Counted from the first letter of the stretch, positions 1 to 13,825 are shown. The stretch is DNA of 64,000 nucleotides from Alphaproteobacteria bacterium UBA7314 (GCA_002471575.1 DKQG01000050.1:9813-73812), one strand, 5' to 3'. Numbers and translations are program-made. Notes: a model not told the origin generated them from the sequence alone.

Positions 1-1029
1 CAGACTCAGACGCGCGGCGAGTTCGGCGGTCTCGGCATCGAAGTGACGATGGAGAACGGATACGTAAAAGTCGTTTCCCCGATCGACGATACCCCTGCCT
101 TCCGCGCCGGTCTTAAGTCCGGCGACTTAATAACCCATTTGGACACCGAGCCGGTACAGGGCCTGACCCTATCAGAGGCCGTCGAGAAGATGCGCGGCAA
201 GGTGGGTAGCGATTTGCAACTCACGATACGGCGGGAAGGGCGCAAACCATTCGACGTCACCGTCACGCGGGACATTATCAAGATCCGGTCGGTCCGGTCG
301 CGGATGGAAGGCAACGACATCGCCTATGTCCGGATCACTTCCTTCAGCGAACAGACTACGGCCGGCATGGAACGGGCAATTAATCGCCTTAAGGAGGAAG
401 CCACCGGCAAGCTGAAAGGCGTCGTTTTGGACCTGCGGAACAATCCCGGCGGTCTGCTGGACCAGTCGGTGAAGATTTCCGATGCGTTCCTGAACCAAGG
501 CGAGATCGTTTCGACCCGATCGCGTCGGGCGGACGAAGGCCAGCGCTTCAACGCCAAACCGGGCGATATTACCGAGGGCCTGCCGATCGTCATCTTGGTC
601 AATGGCGGCTCCGCGTCCGCATCGGAGATCGTCGCGGGTGCGCTGCAGGATCATCGCCGCGCGATAATTCTCGGCACCCGGACGTTCGGCAAGGGGTCGG
701 TCCAAACAATCATTCCGCTGTCCGGTCATGGTGCGATCCGACTGACCACCGCGCGGTACTACACCCCGTCGGGCCGGTCCATCCAGGCCAGGGGGATCGA
801 TCCCGATATCGTCGTCGAGCAAGCCAAGTTGGAGAAGATCGCACAGCCCGAGCGGCGGCGCGAAGAAAACTTACGCGGCCGTCTGGATAATCCGGGGGGT
901 GGCAACGACAGCAGTCCAGGCGGAGCCGTCGAAAAGAAAGAGGACAAGGGGCCGGAAGATTATCAGCTTTCCCGCGCACTCGATCTGCTGCGCGGCATCG
1001 CACTTTACGGCGCCCGCGCCACCAACTAA
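1..1029 (+). CDS. ctpA: C-terminal processing peptidase (S41 family, CtpA-like), 5'-truncated by the window edge
   Basis: The frame is open from nt 1, so the gene starts upstream of the window. The PDZ-like stretch GEFGGLGIEV..SPIDDTPAFRAGLKSGDLI and the S41 catalytic region GVVLDLRNNPGGLL / ILVNGGSASASEIVAGALQD are both present. Confidence 0.9.
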   Translation, partial: QTQTRGEFGGLGIEVTMENGYVKVVSPIDDTPAFRAGLKSGDLITHLDTEPVQGLTLSEAVEKMRGKVGSDLQLTIRREGRKPFDVTVTRDIIKIRSVRSRMEGNDIAYVRITSFSEQTTAGMERAINRLKEEATGKLKGVVLDLRNNPGGLLDQSVKISDAFLNQGEIVSTRSRRADEGQRFNAKPGDITEGLPIVILVNGGSASASEIVAGALQDHRRAIILGTRTFGKGSVQTIIPLSGHGAIRLTTARYYTPSGRSIQARGIDPDIVVEQAKLEKIAQPERRREENLRGRLDNPGGGNDSSPGGAVEKKEDKGPEDYQLSRALDLLRGIALYGARATN

Positions 1030-1090
1030 GCGGCTTTTCCTCGCCAACGGCGCGGCAACCGCACACGTCTACTAAAGACCCGGAGCAGGG

Positions 1091-2407
1091 ATGAAAAACG
1101 GCGCACGATTGCCTTTACTACTGCTGCTCAGCTTCGTTACCGCGGTCGCGGGTGTTTCAATCTGGGTCATCCTAAGCAGCCCAGACACCCCGCCGCCCGA
1201 AGTCGCCGTGCCAGCGGAAAAGAAAGCACACAAAAAACAAGCCGTCGACGCAAACACGGCTGTGAAAAAACCGCAACCGCCCGCGTCGGAAATCAAACCG
1301 CCACCCGCTGTAAACGCGCCCGATCCAGAACCGCAGACCGAACTCCACAAAAAACCTGCCGCCGAGACGGCGGATAAGGCACCGGCATCGCCCAACAAAG
1401 CGCCGGCCGAGGTCGCGAAAAAAGAGCCAACCGCCCCTTCGGCCCCCACGCCGTCGCCCAGCAAGCCTGAACCCGGAAAGAACACGCAAAAGACGGCACA
1501 GGAAACCGCGCCGAAATCGATCAACAAACGCCAAGCGAGACCCGATCTGCCGATCATGCCGAAGGCGTTTCTGCGCGTGGTTCCGGACGACCCCCTGCCG
1601 CCGGTGCCCGACAACGGGCTGGTGCAGATGACCGCGATCGGCCCGCTCCCCCGGGTGGGTGACAACGGAAGACGGCCGGTCGACGTGTACGCCAAACCGT
1701 TCAATCGGGCGGAAAAACGACCCCGCATCGGTATCGTCGTCACCGGACTTGGGCTCTCGGATGCTGCTACGGAATCGGCCATCCAAGGCCTCGCAGCAGG
1801 CGTTACGCTTGCTTTCGCCCCCTATTCATCGAAGCTGAACGAATGGATCAGGCTGGCCCGCATGGGCGGGCACGAAGTCCTGATCAATATCCCAATGGAA
1901 CCGGTAAACTATCCAGCTTATGACCCCGGTCCGCAGACCCTGCTGACATCCCTGAACGCCAACGACAATCTCGACAGGTTGTTCTGGGCGTTAAGCCGGG
2001 CGGCGGGCTATGTTGGCGTGGTAGATTTTCTGGGATCGCGTTTCACAGTATCCCGAACACACATGGAACCTGTGCTGAAGGCGCTCAAACAACGTGGCCT
2101 GATGTATCTGGACAGCGGCAGCACGACACGCAGCATTGCGCCCGCCGTCGCACAGCAAATCGGAATGTCTTTCGCCGCATCGGCATTGACGCTAGATGAA
2201 CGGGCATCGCGCAAGGATATCGACCGAAAATTCGGCGAGCTGGAAAAACGCGCCAAGCGGGAAAAACAGGCGATCGGTATCGCGTCGCCCTATCCCGTTA
2301 CGCTGGAGAGGATCGCCAACTGGACGCGCCAGCTCCGCGCGCGGGGATTTGTCCTAGCGCCAGTCTCGGCACTTACCGTGAACACCGCGACGGCAAAGAA
2401 ACCGTGA
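1091..2407 (+). CDS. Divergent polysaccharide deacetylase family protein (YibQ-like) with a signal/TM segment and a long Pro/Ala/Lys-rich linker
   Basis: A GGAG sits 6 nt before the ATG. A hydrophobic N-terminus is followed by about 130 aa of PAK-rich low-complexity sequence. The C-terminal domain RIGIVVTGLGLS..LAFAPYS..HEVLINIPMEP matches the divergent polysaccharide deacetylase fold, which commonly follows ctpA in alphaproteobacteria. Confidence 0.75.
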   Translation: MKNGARLPLLLLLSFVTAVAGVSIWVILSSPDTPPPEVAVPAEKKAHKKQAVDANTAVKKPQPPASEIKPPPAVNAPDPEPQTELHKKPAAETADKAPASPNKAPAEVAKKEPTAPSAPTPSPSKPEPGKNTQKTAQETAPKSINKRQARPDLPIMPKAFLRVVPDDPLPPVPDNGLVQMTAIGPLPRVGDNGRRPVDVYAKPFNRAEKRPRIGIVVTGLGLSDAATESAIQGLAAGVTLAFAPYSSKLNEWIRLARMGGHEVLINIPMEPVNYPAYDPGPQTLLTSLNANDNLDRLFWALSRAAGYVGVVDFLGSRFTVSRTHMEPVLKALKQRGLMYLDSGSTTRSIAPAVAQQIGMSFAASALTLDERASRKDIDRKFGELEKRAKREKQAIGIASPYPVTLERIANWTRQLRARGFVLAPVSALTVNTATAKKP

Positions 2408-2880
2408 TCGACCCTTCATCTCCGCCCGACCGCTATCGGGCCTGCGTTGGTATTCTGTTACTAAACGACGCGGATGAGATTTTCGTCGGTGAGCGGCTCG
2501 ACGCGCCGGGGGCTTGGCAGATGCCTCAAGGTGGCATCGATCCGGGCGAAAATTTAGTCGAGGCCGCGTTCCGCGAACTGCGCGAGGAAACCGGTATCGA
2601 GAAGGCGGAACTACTCGGTGTCGACAACACTTGGCGCACCTATACCCTGCCACGCCGAATCAGTCATCAGGCGTGGGGGGCAAAGTATCTCGGTCAAGCG
2701 CAAATCTGGGTGGCGTTACGGTTTATCGGAGAAGATTCGGATATCGATATCGCGACCGAAGAGCCCGAATTCTCAAGGTGGAAATGGACCAACGCAGAAA
2801 ATCTTGTTAGGGAAATCGTCGATTTCAAACGGGGCATCTATAAGGATGTGCTGGCGACCTACCGGTCTTGGTCCGTGTAA
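2404..2880 (+). CDS. rppH: RNA pyrophosphohydrolase (Nudix hydrolase RppH/NudH)
   Basis: A Nudix box is present (GGIDPGENLVEAAFRELREETGI). It is about 158 aa long and its GTG start overlaps the stop of the upstream gene by 4 nt. Confidence 0.85.
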   Translation: MIDPSSPPDRYRACVGILLLNDADEIFVGERLDAPGAWQMPQGGIDPGENLVEAAFRELREETGIEKAELLGVDNTWRTYTLPRRISHQAWGAKYLGQAQIWVALRFIGEDSDIDIATEEPEFSRWKWTNAENLVREIVDFKRGIYKDVLATYRSWSV

Positions 2881-3577
2881 CACAGCTCTCTGCGTCAGCG
2901 GCGGCGCAATCCGCAGGCTTTCCCGGAAACTGAGCACTTCGGGTTTGAGATACCGGTACATTTAGGCATGGAACATTCAGTAATGCGCTAACTCGCCCTC
3001 GGCGATGCGGCGGCAGATATCGTTGAGTACCGATTCATCGGTCGCATCAGCAAGGGCGCTGTAAAACGAGTTGGTGCCGGTTTCCGCTATGCAGCGCGCA
3101 ATAAGCTCGCCGGCCCGCGAGCCACCCACCGATATCGTCGCCTACAGAGGAATGTTGAAATTGTCGACGAAGCGTTTTAAGGCGTGCTCGAAGTCGAAAT
3201 TCGGATCGGCGAGTGCCGCCTATTTTCCCAGCGCCCTGCCATGCTGCACTGCCTCGACCGTCCCTTGCCCGATCTCTTTTCGCGTTCACGCATTGCCGAA
3301 AAAACGTTGTTAAAATATTTGCATTAATCACCCGTGTTGTTTTCGACCATACTCTCCGCTCTAACTATCGGTACGATCTCGAGACCCACCTTCGATACAT
3401 CGAAGCGGTCCCACGGGACATTACCCAATTCCTAGGCGAGCATTTCGCTACCGACCAGAGTTGCCAGAGTTCTCGACTAAAAGCCTTGGGACATAAGTTT
3501 TCCGGCGTAAAATTTAAGAAAGACGCCGGAAAACCCCTGATATCCCAGTTAGCTTATGGGCACTGGGCAGCTGCGGG

Positions 3578-4894
3578 TCAGTTCAGGTGTATCCTTTCGC
3601 CGTGAGATGTGATGTCGAGACCTTCGATTTCGTCTTCTTCATGAACGCGAAGACCGATGGTCCTCCGGATAACTGCGACGATAATCCAACTTATTACCAG
3701 CGACCACGCCACCACGACGATGAGGCCCAGAACCTGTGCGCCCAGTTGCTTGGCCATGGTCATACCTTCGCCGAGCCCCAGACCCCCCAGCACCTCGGCG
3801 CCGAAAAACGACGTCAACAGAATACCCAGCGCACCGCCGACGCCGTGGACGGCGAAAACATCGAGGGAGTCGTCAATATTTATTTTCTGCTTTATGAGGC
3901 GGACGCACCAGTAACAGACGATCCCCGCCACGACACCGAAAACCAGCGCACCTGCAGGCCCAATGAAACCAGCACCGGGGGTGATCGTGGCTAGACCGGC
4001 AACCATGCCGGTTACGATGCCGACTAGGCTAGGCTTGCCGTGCTTCACCCATTCTATGCCCATCCAGGTAAGCGATGCAGTGGCGGCTGATATATGCGTC
4101 ACCACCATCGCCATGCCGGCAGCGCCGTCCGCCGCCAGTGCGGATCCTGCATTGAATCCGAACCAGCCGACCCACAGCATCGCTGCGCCGATCATGGTCA
4201 GGCCAGGGTGGTGCGGCGGGGTGATTTCCCGGGGGAACCCACGACGGCCACCAAGCATCTTCGCGATTACCAGCGCTGAAACCCCTGCCGTCACGTGAAC
4301 GACCAGCCCTCCGGCAAAGTCTTTCACACCGCGCTCGGCCAGCCAGCCGCCGCCCCAGATCCAGTGACAGACCGGCGCATACACCAGCACGATCCAGATC
4401 GCGCTAAACCACAACACGGCGCTGAACTTAATTCGCTCAACATAGGCGCCTACGATCAGGGCTGGGGTAATGACTGCAAAGGTCATCTGGAACATGAAGA
4501 ATACAGATTCGGGAATTGTTCCGGAGAGCGATTCCGCGCCAATGCCGGACAGAAACGCCTTGTCGAGCCCGCCGATCCAGGCATTTGCTGCGCCGCCATC
4601 GCCGAACGCCAAGCTATAGACAATCACCAGCCACATGACCGACATCAGGCATGCCACAGCGAAACACTGCATCAGGACGGATAACAGGTTTCGCGCCCGT
4701 ACCAGCCCGCCGTAAAACAACGCCAGGCCCGGCAGGGTCATGAATAGCACCAGGGCGGTCGCTGTCAGTATCCAAGCGGTGTCGCCGGCTCTTTCCTTGG
4801 CGTAGTGCGCAAGCGCGGCATCTGGAGAAAACATCATCGCGAACAGGGCAAGCGCGGCCGCGAACGCAGCAGTTGTGACGGATTTGGGCATGTT
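3578..4894 (-). CDS. amtB: Ammonium transporter AmtB
   Basis: About 440 aa with 11 predicted TM segments and Amt-family motifs (DFAGG..VH, GAxAERIKF). A signal-peptide-like N-terminus begins MPKSVTTAAFAAALALFA, so I place the start at 4894 rather than at the ORF-track start 4975. Confidence 0.9.
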   Translation of the reverse strand, partial: NMPKSVTTAAFAAALALFAMMFSPDAALAHYAKERAGDTAWILTATALVLFMTLPGLALFYGGLVRARNLLSVLMQCFAVACLMSVMWLVIVYSLAFGDGGAANAWIGGLDKAFLSGIGAESLSGTIPESVFFMFQMTFAVITPALIVGAYVERIKFSAVLWFSAIWIVLVYAPVCHWIWGGGWLAERGVKDFAGGLVVHVTAGVSALVIAKMLGGRRGFPREITPPHHPGLTMIGAAMLWVGWFGFNAGSALAADGAAGMAMVVTHISAATASLTWMGIEWVKHGKPSLVGIVTGMVAGLATITPGAGFIGPAGALVFGVVAGIVCYWCVRLIKQKINIDDSLDVFAVHGVGGALGILLTSFFGAEVLGGLGLGEGMTMAKQLGAQVLGLIVVVAWSLVISWIIVAVIRRTIGLRVHEEDEIEGLDITSHGERIHLN

Positions 4895-4957
4895 GAACCT
4901 CCGAAGCATCCCGACGGGTCTGTGTGACTCCGGTCTTCTTTTACCGCGCAAAAATCG

Positions 4958-4974
4958 TGCTCTCGTGTGCACCA
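4958..4974 (-). promoter_or_regulatory. Possible sigma-54 (-24/-12)-like element upstream of amtB
   Basis: The minus-strand sequence TGGTGCACACGAGAGCA resembles TGGCAC-N5-TTGCA but with imperfect spacing. It lies about 65 nt upstream of the proposed amtB start. This rests on a weak pattern match only. Confidence 0.2.
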
Positions 4975-5126
4975 CGCAGCGAGAGCCGCTTTCGAGCCGG
5001 CAATTTAGGCGGGATTATCTACCATTAGCGTAGAAAAACTGCCGAAGACACGGCGTTTTGTCCACCCTAGAAGGGGTGAAAATGCAGAGATTTCAGAAGG
5101 CCAGCCACGAGACCAGCAATGCGTCA

Positions 5127-5534
5127 CTAGTTACCGCGCCCCGCCACCAGCATGGCTTCCGCCACGGCCAGCTCGGTTTCCGCGGCATTACGCGCAGTGT
5201 CTTTGTCGGCCTCGGAGATTGCCTCGTTCGCGGCCTTGATCCGCTCTTCGGCGGCTGACGCGTCGATATCCTCGACCGGTACGGCTTCTTCCGCCAGCAC
5301 CGTGCACCGTTCGGCGGTCACTTCGGCAAAGCCTCCAGCGACGAAAATACGTTTTTCGACCTTATCGCCGTTATATGTGTCGATGACCCCGGGCCGCAGC
5401 GACGAAATCAGTGGCGCATGACCGACCAGCACACCGAAATCTCCCTCAGCGCCGGGCACGACAACCATTGTGACATCGTCGGACAGCAGCAGTTTTTCCG
5501 GCGAGACGAGTTCGAAGGAGAAAGGTTCGGCCAT
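5127..5534 (-). CDS. atpC: F1 ATP synthase epsilon subunit
   Basis: 135 aa in the conserved position after atpD, with the AtpC beta-sandwich N-terminus (LVSPEKLLLSDDVTMVVVPGAEGDFGVLVGHAPL). Confidence 0.9.
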   Translation of the reverse strand: MAEPFSFELVSPEKLLLSDDVTMVVVPGAEGDFGVLVGHAPLISSLRPGVIDTYNGDKVEKRIFVAGGFAEVTAERCTVLAEEAVPVEDIDASAAEERIKAANEAISEADKDTARNAAETELAVAEAMLVAGRGN

Positions 5535-5570
5535 ATTTCCGTTCTCTGGTTCGGGTCAGTCAGCTGGCTA

Positions 5571-7938
<2,368 letters not shown>

Positions 7939-7973
7939 ATCCCGTTACCGGTTCCTGTTTTTGCGGCGGGCAA

Positions 7974-9508
<1,535 letters not shown>

Positions 9509-9509
<1 letters not shown>

Positions 9510-10069
9510 CACGCTGCCCCTTTCAATGATAGTTCAAGCCGTTGAAGTTTGGTTTTAAGCGACGAATCGACCATGCGGGATCCGACCTTGACGACCATGC
9601 CACCCAGAAGCGACTGATCGACAACGGCATCCAGCGTGACTTTCGAGCCCATGGCTGTCCGGAGTTCCTTTTCCAGTGACGCACGCTGATCATCGGTAAG
9701 CGGCTGGGCACTGATGACTTCCGCCGTCATTTCACCACGGCGGGACGACAGCAGGTCTCGATAGGCGACACACATGTCATCCAGCGCGAACAGGCGGCGG
9801 TTTTTTGCGACGACGCCAACAAAATTGCGGGTCAGTTCCGATATATCCGCCTTTTCCAGAACAGCGGCAATGGCCTGACCCTGTTCCTCCCGGCCGATGA
9901 CCGGGCTAGCAACGAGGCGGCGCAGATCCGCGGATTCCGAAAGCAACGCCCGAATCGACGCGGCATCCGCCGCGATATCATCGAGATTTTTCTGTTCTTC
10001 GGCGAGTTCGAAAAGCGCTGCCGCATAGCGGCCGGCTACACCGGAAACGACTGACGATGTGGAGGGCAC
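9509..10069 (-). CDS. atpH: F1 ATP synthase delta subunit (OSCP)
   Basis: 186 aa with the OSCP-like N-terminus [15 protein letters not shown]. It is the first gene of the operon, and the AT-rich promoter region lies immediately upstream at 10070-10400. Confidence 0.85.
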
Positions 10070-10428
10070 GCGATCTACCTCTGAAACGTCTTGTTTAAAA
10101 TCGTTAAGTCTCTGTTTTTATTCACAAATCAGGGATAGACATAACCCTAGGCTATGACAACCTTACGAGGCAGCGTTAGGTAACACAGGCGATAGTGGCT
10201 TGCAACCCGGTCAGAGCAGGAAATACGCTTCAAACCGTTGCTATTTTCAGCGGCGCGTTTCAGCAGGAAGGTCCTATCGGTAATTTGGAAATATTGGGAC
10301 CCGGCAGTCCGTCGAAAGCCGAGACGACTTCGTCACCGTATTAACGGCGCAGGTCGAAATTAGCGTCGCAGGTTGAAAAATTAGGGCGCATTCTCGCCGA
10401 TGGCCGAACGCCGATCGACACGCTGTTT

Positions 10429-10731
10429 TCACGACAGAGTCTTGATCAGGACGATTGGCGATCCGACCGAGAGATTGCTTAACATCGTGGAGTCAAACGA
10501 CCCCATCGCCGCCCTTACTGCGCTGTCCATAGACATGTCGAATGCGGCCATTCGGTCGACGATCAGTTTGCAGTATTTGTTTTCTCCGATCTGAAGAAAC
10601 GGCGTCTCCTGAGTCGCTTCGATGGAATTGCCGGCCGCGGTTATCAGGAACAGCCGGTGCGACCGACCCTTGATCTGGCCCGCCAGAATAAACGTCGATC
10701 CGAGGTCGCCACCGTCTTCCCACATTCGCAA
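10429..10731 (-). pseudogene. Probable C-terminal fragment of a proteasome-type protease (COG3484 family), truncated
   Basis: The 100-aa ORF ends ..FDMSMDSAVRAAMGSFDSTMLSNLSVGSPIVLIKTL, which resembles the conserved C-terminus of the Ntn-hydrolase proteasome-type proteases that normally run to about 240 aa. A stop lies immediately upstream of the first start codon, and only about 80 bp separate it from priA, so the N-terminal half is missing. Confidence 0.4.
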
Positions 10732-10812
10732 TCAGTCAGAGAAGCTCTTCTCAGTCATACCAGAAAAGTGGTAACCGGCGGCACGAAATCAAAACGGCTA
10801 AGTCGCGATCAT

Positions 10813-13044
10813 CTACATAAAACTATAGGGATCGACATCGATCGAGATCCGCACTCCGCCGGCGGGTTTCATTGCAAACACCCAGCGCCGCAGAAGATCC
10901 TGAACGTTAACGTCCTTGCGCGCCCGCATCAAAAGACGGCGCCGATGCCGACCGCGGACAACCGCGATCGGCGCAGGGGCCGGACCGAGCACGGACACCC
11001 CGTCGACTCGCGGCGCGCTGCGGCCCAGCGCCGCCGCCGTTTCGTCGACATTGCGTTCGTCCCGCCCGGACACGATGACCGCGGCGAGCCGCCCGAAAGG
11101 TGGCATGTTGTGCTGTTTACGGGCGTCCGCCTCGTTTTCGATAAACCGGTCCCGGTCGCCGCCGACCAACGCCTGCATGACAGGATGTTCCGGCTGGAAC
11201 GTCTGCAGCATCACAGTTCCCGGCCGCTCCGACCTCCCCGCTCGGCCCGCCACCTGGTGTAGCAGCTGATAGGTACGTTCGGCGGCGCGCAGATCCCCGC
11301 CGGCGAGGCCGAGATCGGCATCGATCACACCGACCAGCGTCAATAAAGGGAAATGAAATCCCTTGGCCATGATCTGGGTGCCGATCAGCAGGTCAATGTC
11401 GCGGTCCCGCATGCGCCGCACCAGCGCCTGGGCGTCTGCCGGTTTGTGAACCGTGTCGCTCGACATAATTTCGAACCGCGCATCGGGAAATTTTTCCCTC
11501 GATTCTTCCGCCAGGCGCTCCACCCCCGGACCGCAGGCGGCAAACCGGTCCTCGGCTTCGCAGGACGGACAGGTTTTAGGCGGCGGCGCGCTGTAGCCGC
11601 AATGATGGCATTGCAGCCGGTCTTGCAGCCTGTGTTCGACCAGCCAGGCCGTGCATTGCGGACAGTCCAGCCGGTGACCGCAGGCGCGGCAAAGCGTCAG
11701 CGGCGCGTAACCGCGCCGGTTGAGAAACAGCATCGCCTGTTCGCCGGCCGCCAGCGTCTCTCCGACCGCGGTCACCAAGCTGGGCGACAGCCAGTTCTGA
11801 CGATCCATCTTTTCGCTGCGCATGTCGATCGCCCGGATCGTCGGCAGCGCCGCGGCGGCGAACCGTTCTGGCAGAGACAGGCGCCGGTACTTGCCGCGCC
11901 ACACGTTGTTGACCGTCTCCAGCGACGGGGTGGCGGAGGCAAGAATGACCGGGAGCCCTTCGATATGTGCCCGCACCACCGCCATGTCGCGGGCGTTGTA
12001 GACGACGCCCTCGTCCTGCTTGAAGCTGGGGTCGTGTTCCTCGTCGATGACGATCAGCCCGAGATCGCGATAGGGTAGCATCAGCGCCGACCGCGCGCCG
12101 ACGACCAACTTCGCCTCGCCGCGCAGTACCGCCCGCCAGTTGCGCCGGCGCAGCGACATGGGCACGTCGGAATGCCATACCAGCGGCGGCGTCCCGAAGC
12201 GCTGCTTAAACCGGTCGAGCCAGTCGGCGGTAAGCGCAATCTCGGGCAGCAGGACGATCACCTGTCTGTCCGCCCGCAGCGCCGCCGCGATCGCTTCGAA
12301 ATACACCTCCGTCTTGCCGGACCCGGTAACACCGTCGAGCAGGGTGACCGAATATCCGCTGTCGACGGCGGCGACAAGTTCGCCGGCCGCGGCGGCCTGG
12401 GCGTCCGACAGAACAGCACCGGCGCGGCAGGGATCAGGCTGGGCGACTGGCCCGTCTTCCTGAACGGCAATCGGTTGCAGAACGCCTGCCTCCGTCAGCC
12501 CCCGGATGACGGTGGCCGACGTGTTCGCCGCTTTCGCGATCTCGGACGCCGGCCGCGGCCATCCGGTCGCCAGAACATTCAAAACGCGCCGGCGCGCATC
12601 GGTTACGCGCACGCCAGCAGGAAGTGATTCGCTTTTTCCATCGATTTCGGGGGCCAGCCGATAGACCGTCGTCACCTTGGGCGGCTCCAGCGCACGCGGC
12701 ACGCTCATGGTCATGCGCAGCACGCTGCCAAGTCGCGCCAGCGTGTATCGCGCCACCCAGTCGACGAACAGACGCAGGTTTTCGGGCATCGGCGGCAGGT
12801 CGATTAACATGCTGATTTCGCGCAGTTTTTGTTGGTCCACATCGCCCCGCGCCGGACCCCAGACGACCCCTGTCGCCCGCCGCGCGCCGAGCGGCACCTC
12901 GACATAGGACCCCGGCTCGACTTCCATGTTTTCCGGCACGAGATAATCGTACGGCGCGATCAGCGGCAGCGGCAAAAGAACGCTCACGGCATCGCATGTA
13001 TCGGTCGGAGGGCGTGTGGAAAGGGCAGGGTCCATCAAGTACAC
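10813..13044 (-). CDS. priA: Primosomal protein N' (replication restart helicase PriA)
   Basis: 743 aa with DEAH helicase motifs (GVTGSGKTEVY, DEEHD) and the PriA-specific double CxxC zinc-binding region (CRACGHRLDCPQC...CHHCGYS...CPSC). Confidence 0.93.
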   Translation of the reverse strand: MYLMDPALSTRPPTDTCDAVSVLLPLPLIAPYDYLVPENMEVEPGSYVEVPLGARRATGVVWGPARGDVDQQKLREISMLIDLPPMPENLRLFVDWVARYTLARLGSVLRMTMSVPRALEPPKVTTVYRLAPEIDGKSESLPAGVRVTDARRRVLNVLATGWPRPASEIAKAANTSATVIRGLTEAGVLQPIAVQEDGPVAQPDPCRAGAVLSDAQAAAAGELVAAVDSGYSVTLLDGVTGSGKTEVYFEAIAAALRADRQVIVLLPEIALTADWLDRFKQRFGTPPLVWHSDVPMSLRRRNWRAVLRGEAKLVVGARSALMLPYRDLGLIVIDEEHDPSFKQDEGVVYNARDMAVVRAHIEGLPVILASATPSLETVNNVWRGKYRRLSLPERFAAAALPTIRAIDMRSEKMDRQNWLSPSLVTAVGETLAAGEQAMLFLNRRGYAPLTLCRACGHRLDCPQCTAWLVEHRLQDRLQCHHCGYSAPPPKTCPSCEAEDRFAACGPGVERLAEESREKFPDARFEIMSSDTVHKPADAQALVRRMRDRDIDLLIGTQIMAKGFHFPLLTLVGVIDADLGLAGGDLRAAERTYQLLHQVAGRAGRSERPGTVMLQTFQPEHPVMQALVGGDRDRFIENEADARKQHNMPPFGRLAAVIVSGRDERNVDETAAALGRSAPRVDGVSVLGPAPAPIAVVRGRHRRRLLMRARKDVNVQDLLRRWVFAMKPAGGVRISIDVDPYSFM

Positions 13045-13160
13045 TCTATCCTAGCGGAACAGGACGGCCAATCGGTCGACATTCCTCCCGGACCCGAATT
13101 GCCCCCGGGACGGGTACACGAGACAGGGACATGGGGGCATGATCAAACAGAAGGAAGATC

Positions 13161-13823
13161 ATGAAATTTTTCGTGGACACCGCAGATGTTGACGACATCC
13201 GCGACCTTGCGTCTACGGGCTTGGTAGACGGCGTCACGACCAACCCCTCCCTCATCGCGAAATCTGGCAGAAATTTCCTGGAAGTAATCCCGGAGATCTG
13301 CGAGCTGGTCGACGGTCCGGTCAGTGCCGAAGTTGCCGCGACCGACCATGAAACGATGCTCGCCGAAGGCCGCAAACTGGCCGGTCTGGCGCCGAACGTC
13401 GCGGTTAAGGTGCCATTGACGATCGACGGGCTAAAAACCTGCAAAGCGCTGGCCGATGCCGGCACCAAGGTTAACGTCACGCTCTGCTTTTCGCCGGGAC
13501 AGGCGATCCTCGCCGCCAAGGCCGGGGCCGCTTATATCTCGCCCTTTGTCGGCCGGCTGGACGATATAAGCAGTGACGGCATGGGTCTGATCGATGAAAT
13601 CTGCACGATCTACGCCAACTATGCGGACTTCGAAACCGAGGTGCTCGTTGCCTCGATCCGCAGCCCGAATCACGTGATCGAAGCGGCCAAGATAGGCGCC
13701 GATGTATGTACTTTGCCGCCGGGGGTCCTACGGCAGCTGGTCGGGCACCCGCTCACCGATGCGGGACTAGCGGCGTTCCTTGCGGACTGGGCCGAGACCG
13801 GCCAGAAGATCCTGGATTCCTGA
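13161..13823 (+). CDS. tal: Transaldolase (short type-3 Tal / fructose-6-phosphate aldolase family)
   Basis: 220 aa. The start [36 protein letters not shown] is a hallmark of the approximately 217-aa TalC/Fsa family. Confidence 0.9.
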   Translation: MKFFVDTADVDDIRDLASTGLVDGVTTNPSLIAKSGRNFLEVIPEICELVDGPVSAEVAATDHETMLAEGRKLAGLAPNVAVKVPLTIDGLKTCKALADAGTKVNVTLCFSPGQAILAAKAGAAYISPFVGRLDDISSDGMGLIDEICTIYANYADFETEVLVASIRSPNHVIEAAKIGADVCTLPPGVLRQLVGHPLTDAGLAAFLADWAETGQKILDS

Positions 13824-13825
13824 TC

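Noticed and set aside
43-1029. ORF-track start at Met-43 for the first gene
   Set aside because: The frame is open back to nt 1, and the PDZ domain begins before Met-43. The gene is 5'-truncated by the window rather than starting at 43.
1072-1786. Large antisense or alternative-frame ORFs throughout, for example 1072-1782 (-), 19212-21431 (+), 15903-16493 (-) and 42308-43231 (-)
   Set aside because: They are Arg/Gly/Pro-rich shadow ORFs, which is typical of high-GC DNA. Each overlaps a well-supported conserved gene on the other strand or frame, and none has recognisable domains.
13706-13823. The annotated ORF start of the DUF484 gene overlaps tal by 118 nt
   Set aside because: This is an unlikely extended overlap. 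An in-frame GTG at 13826, immediately after the tal stop, gives a protein of typical DUF484 length.
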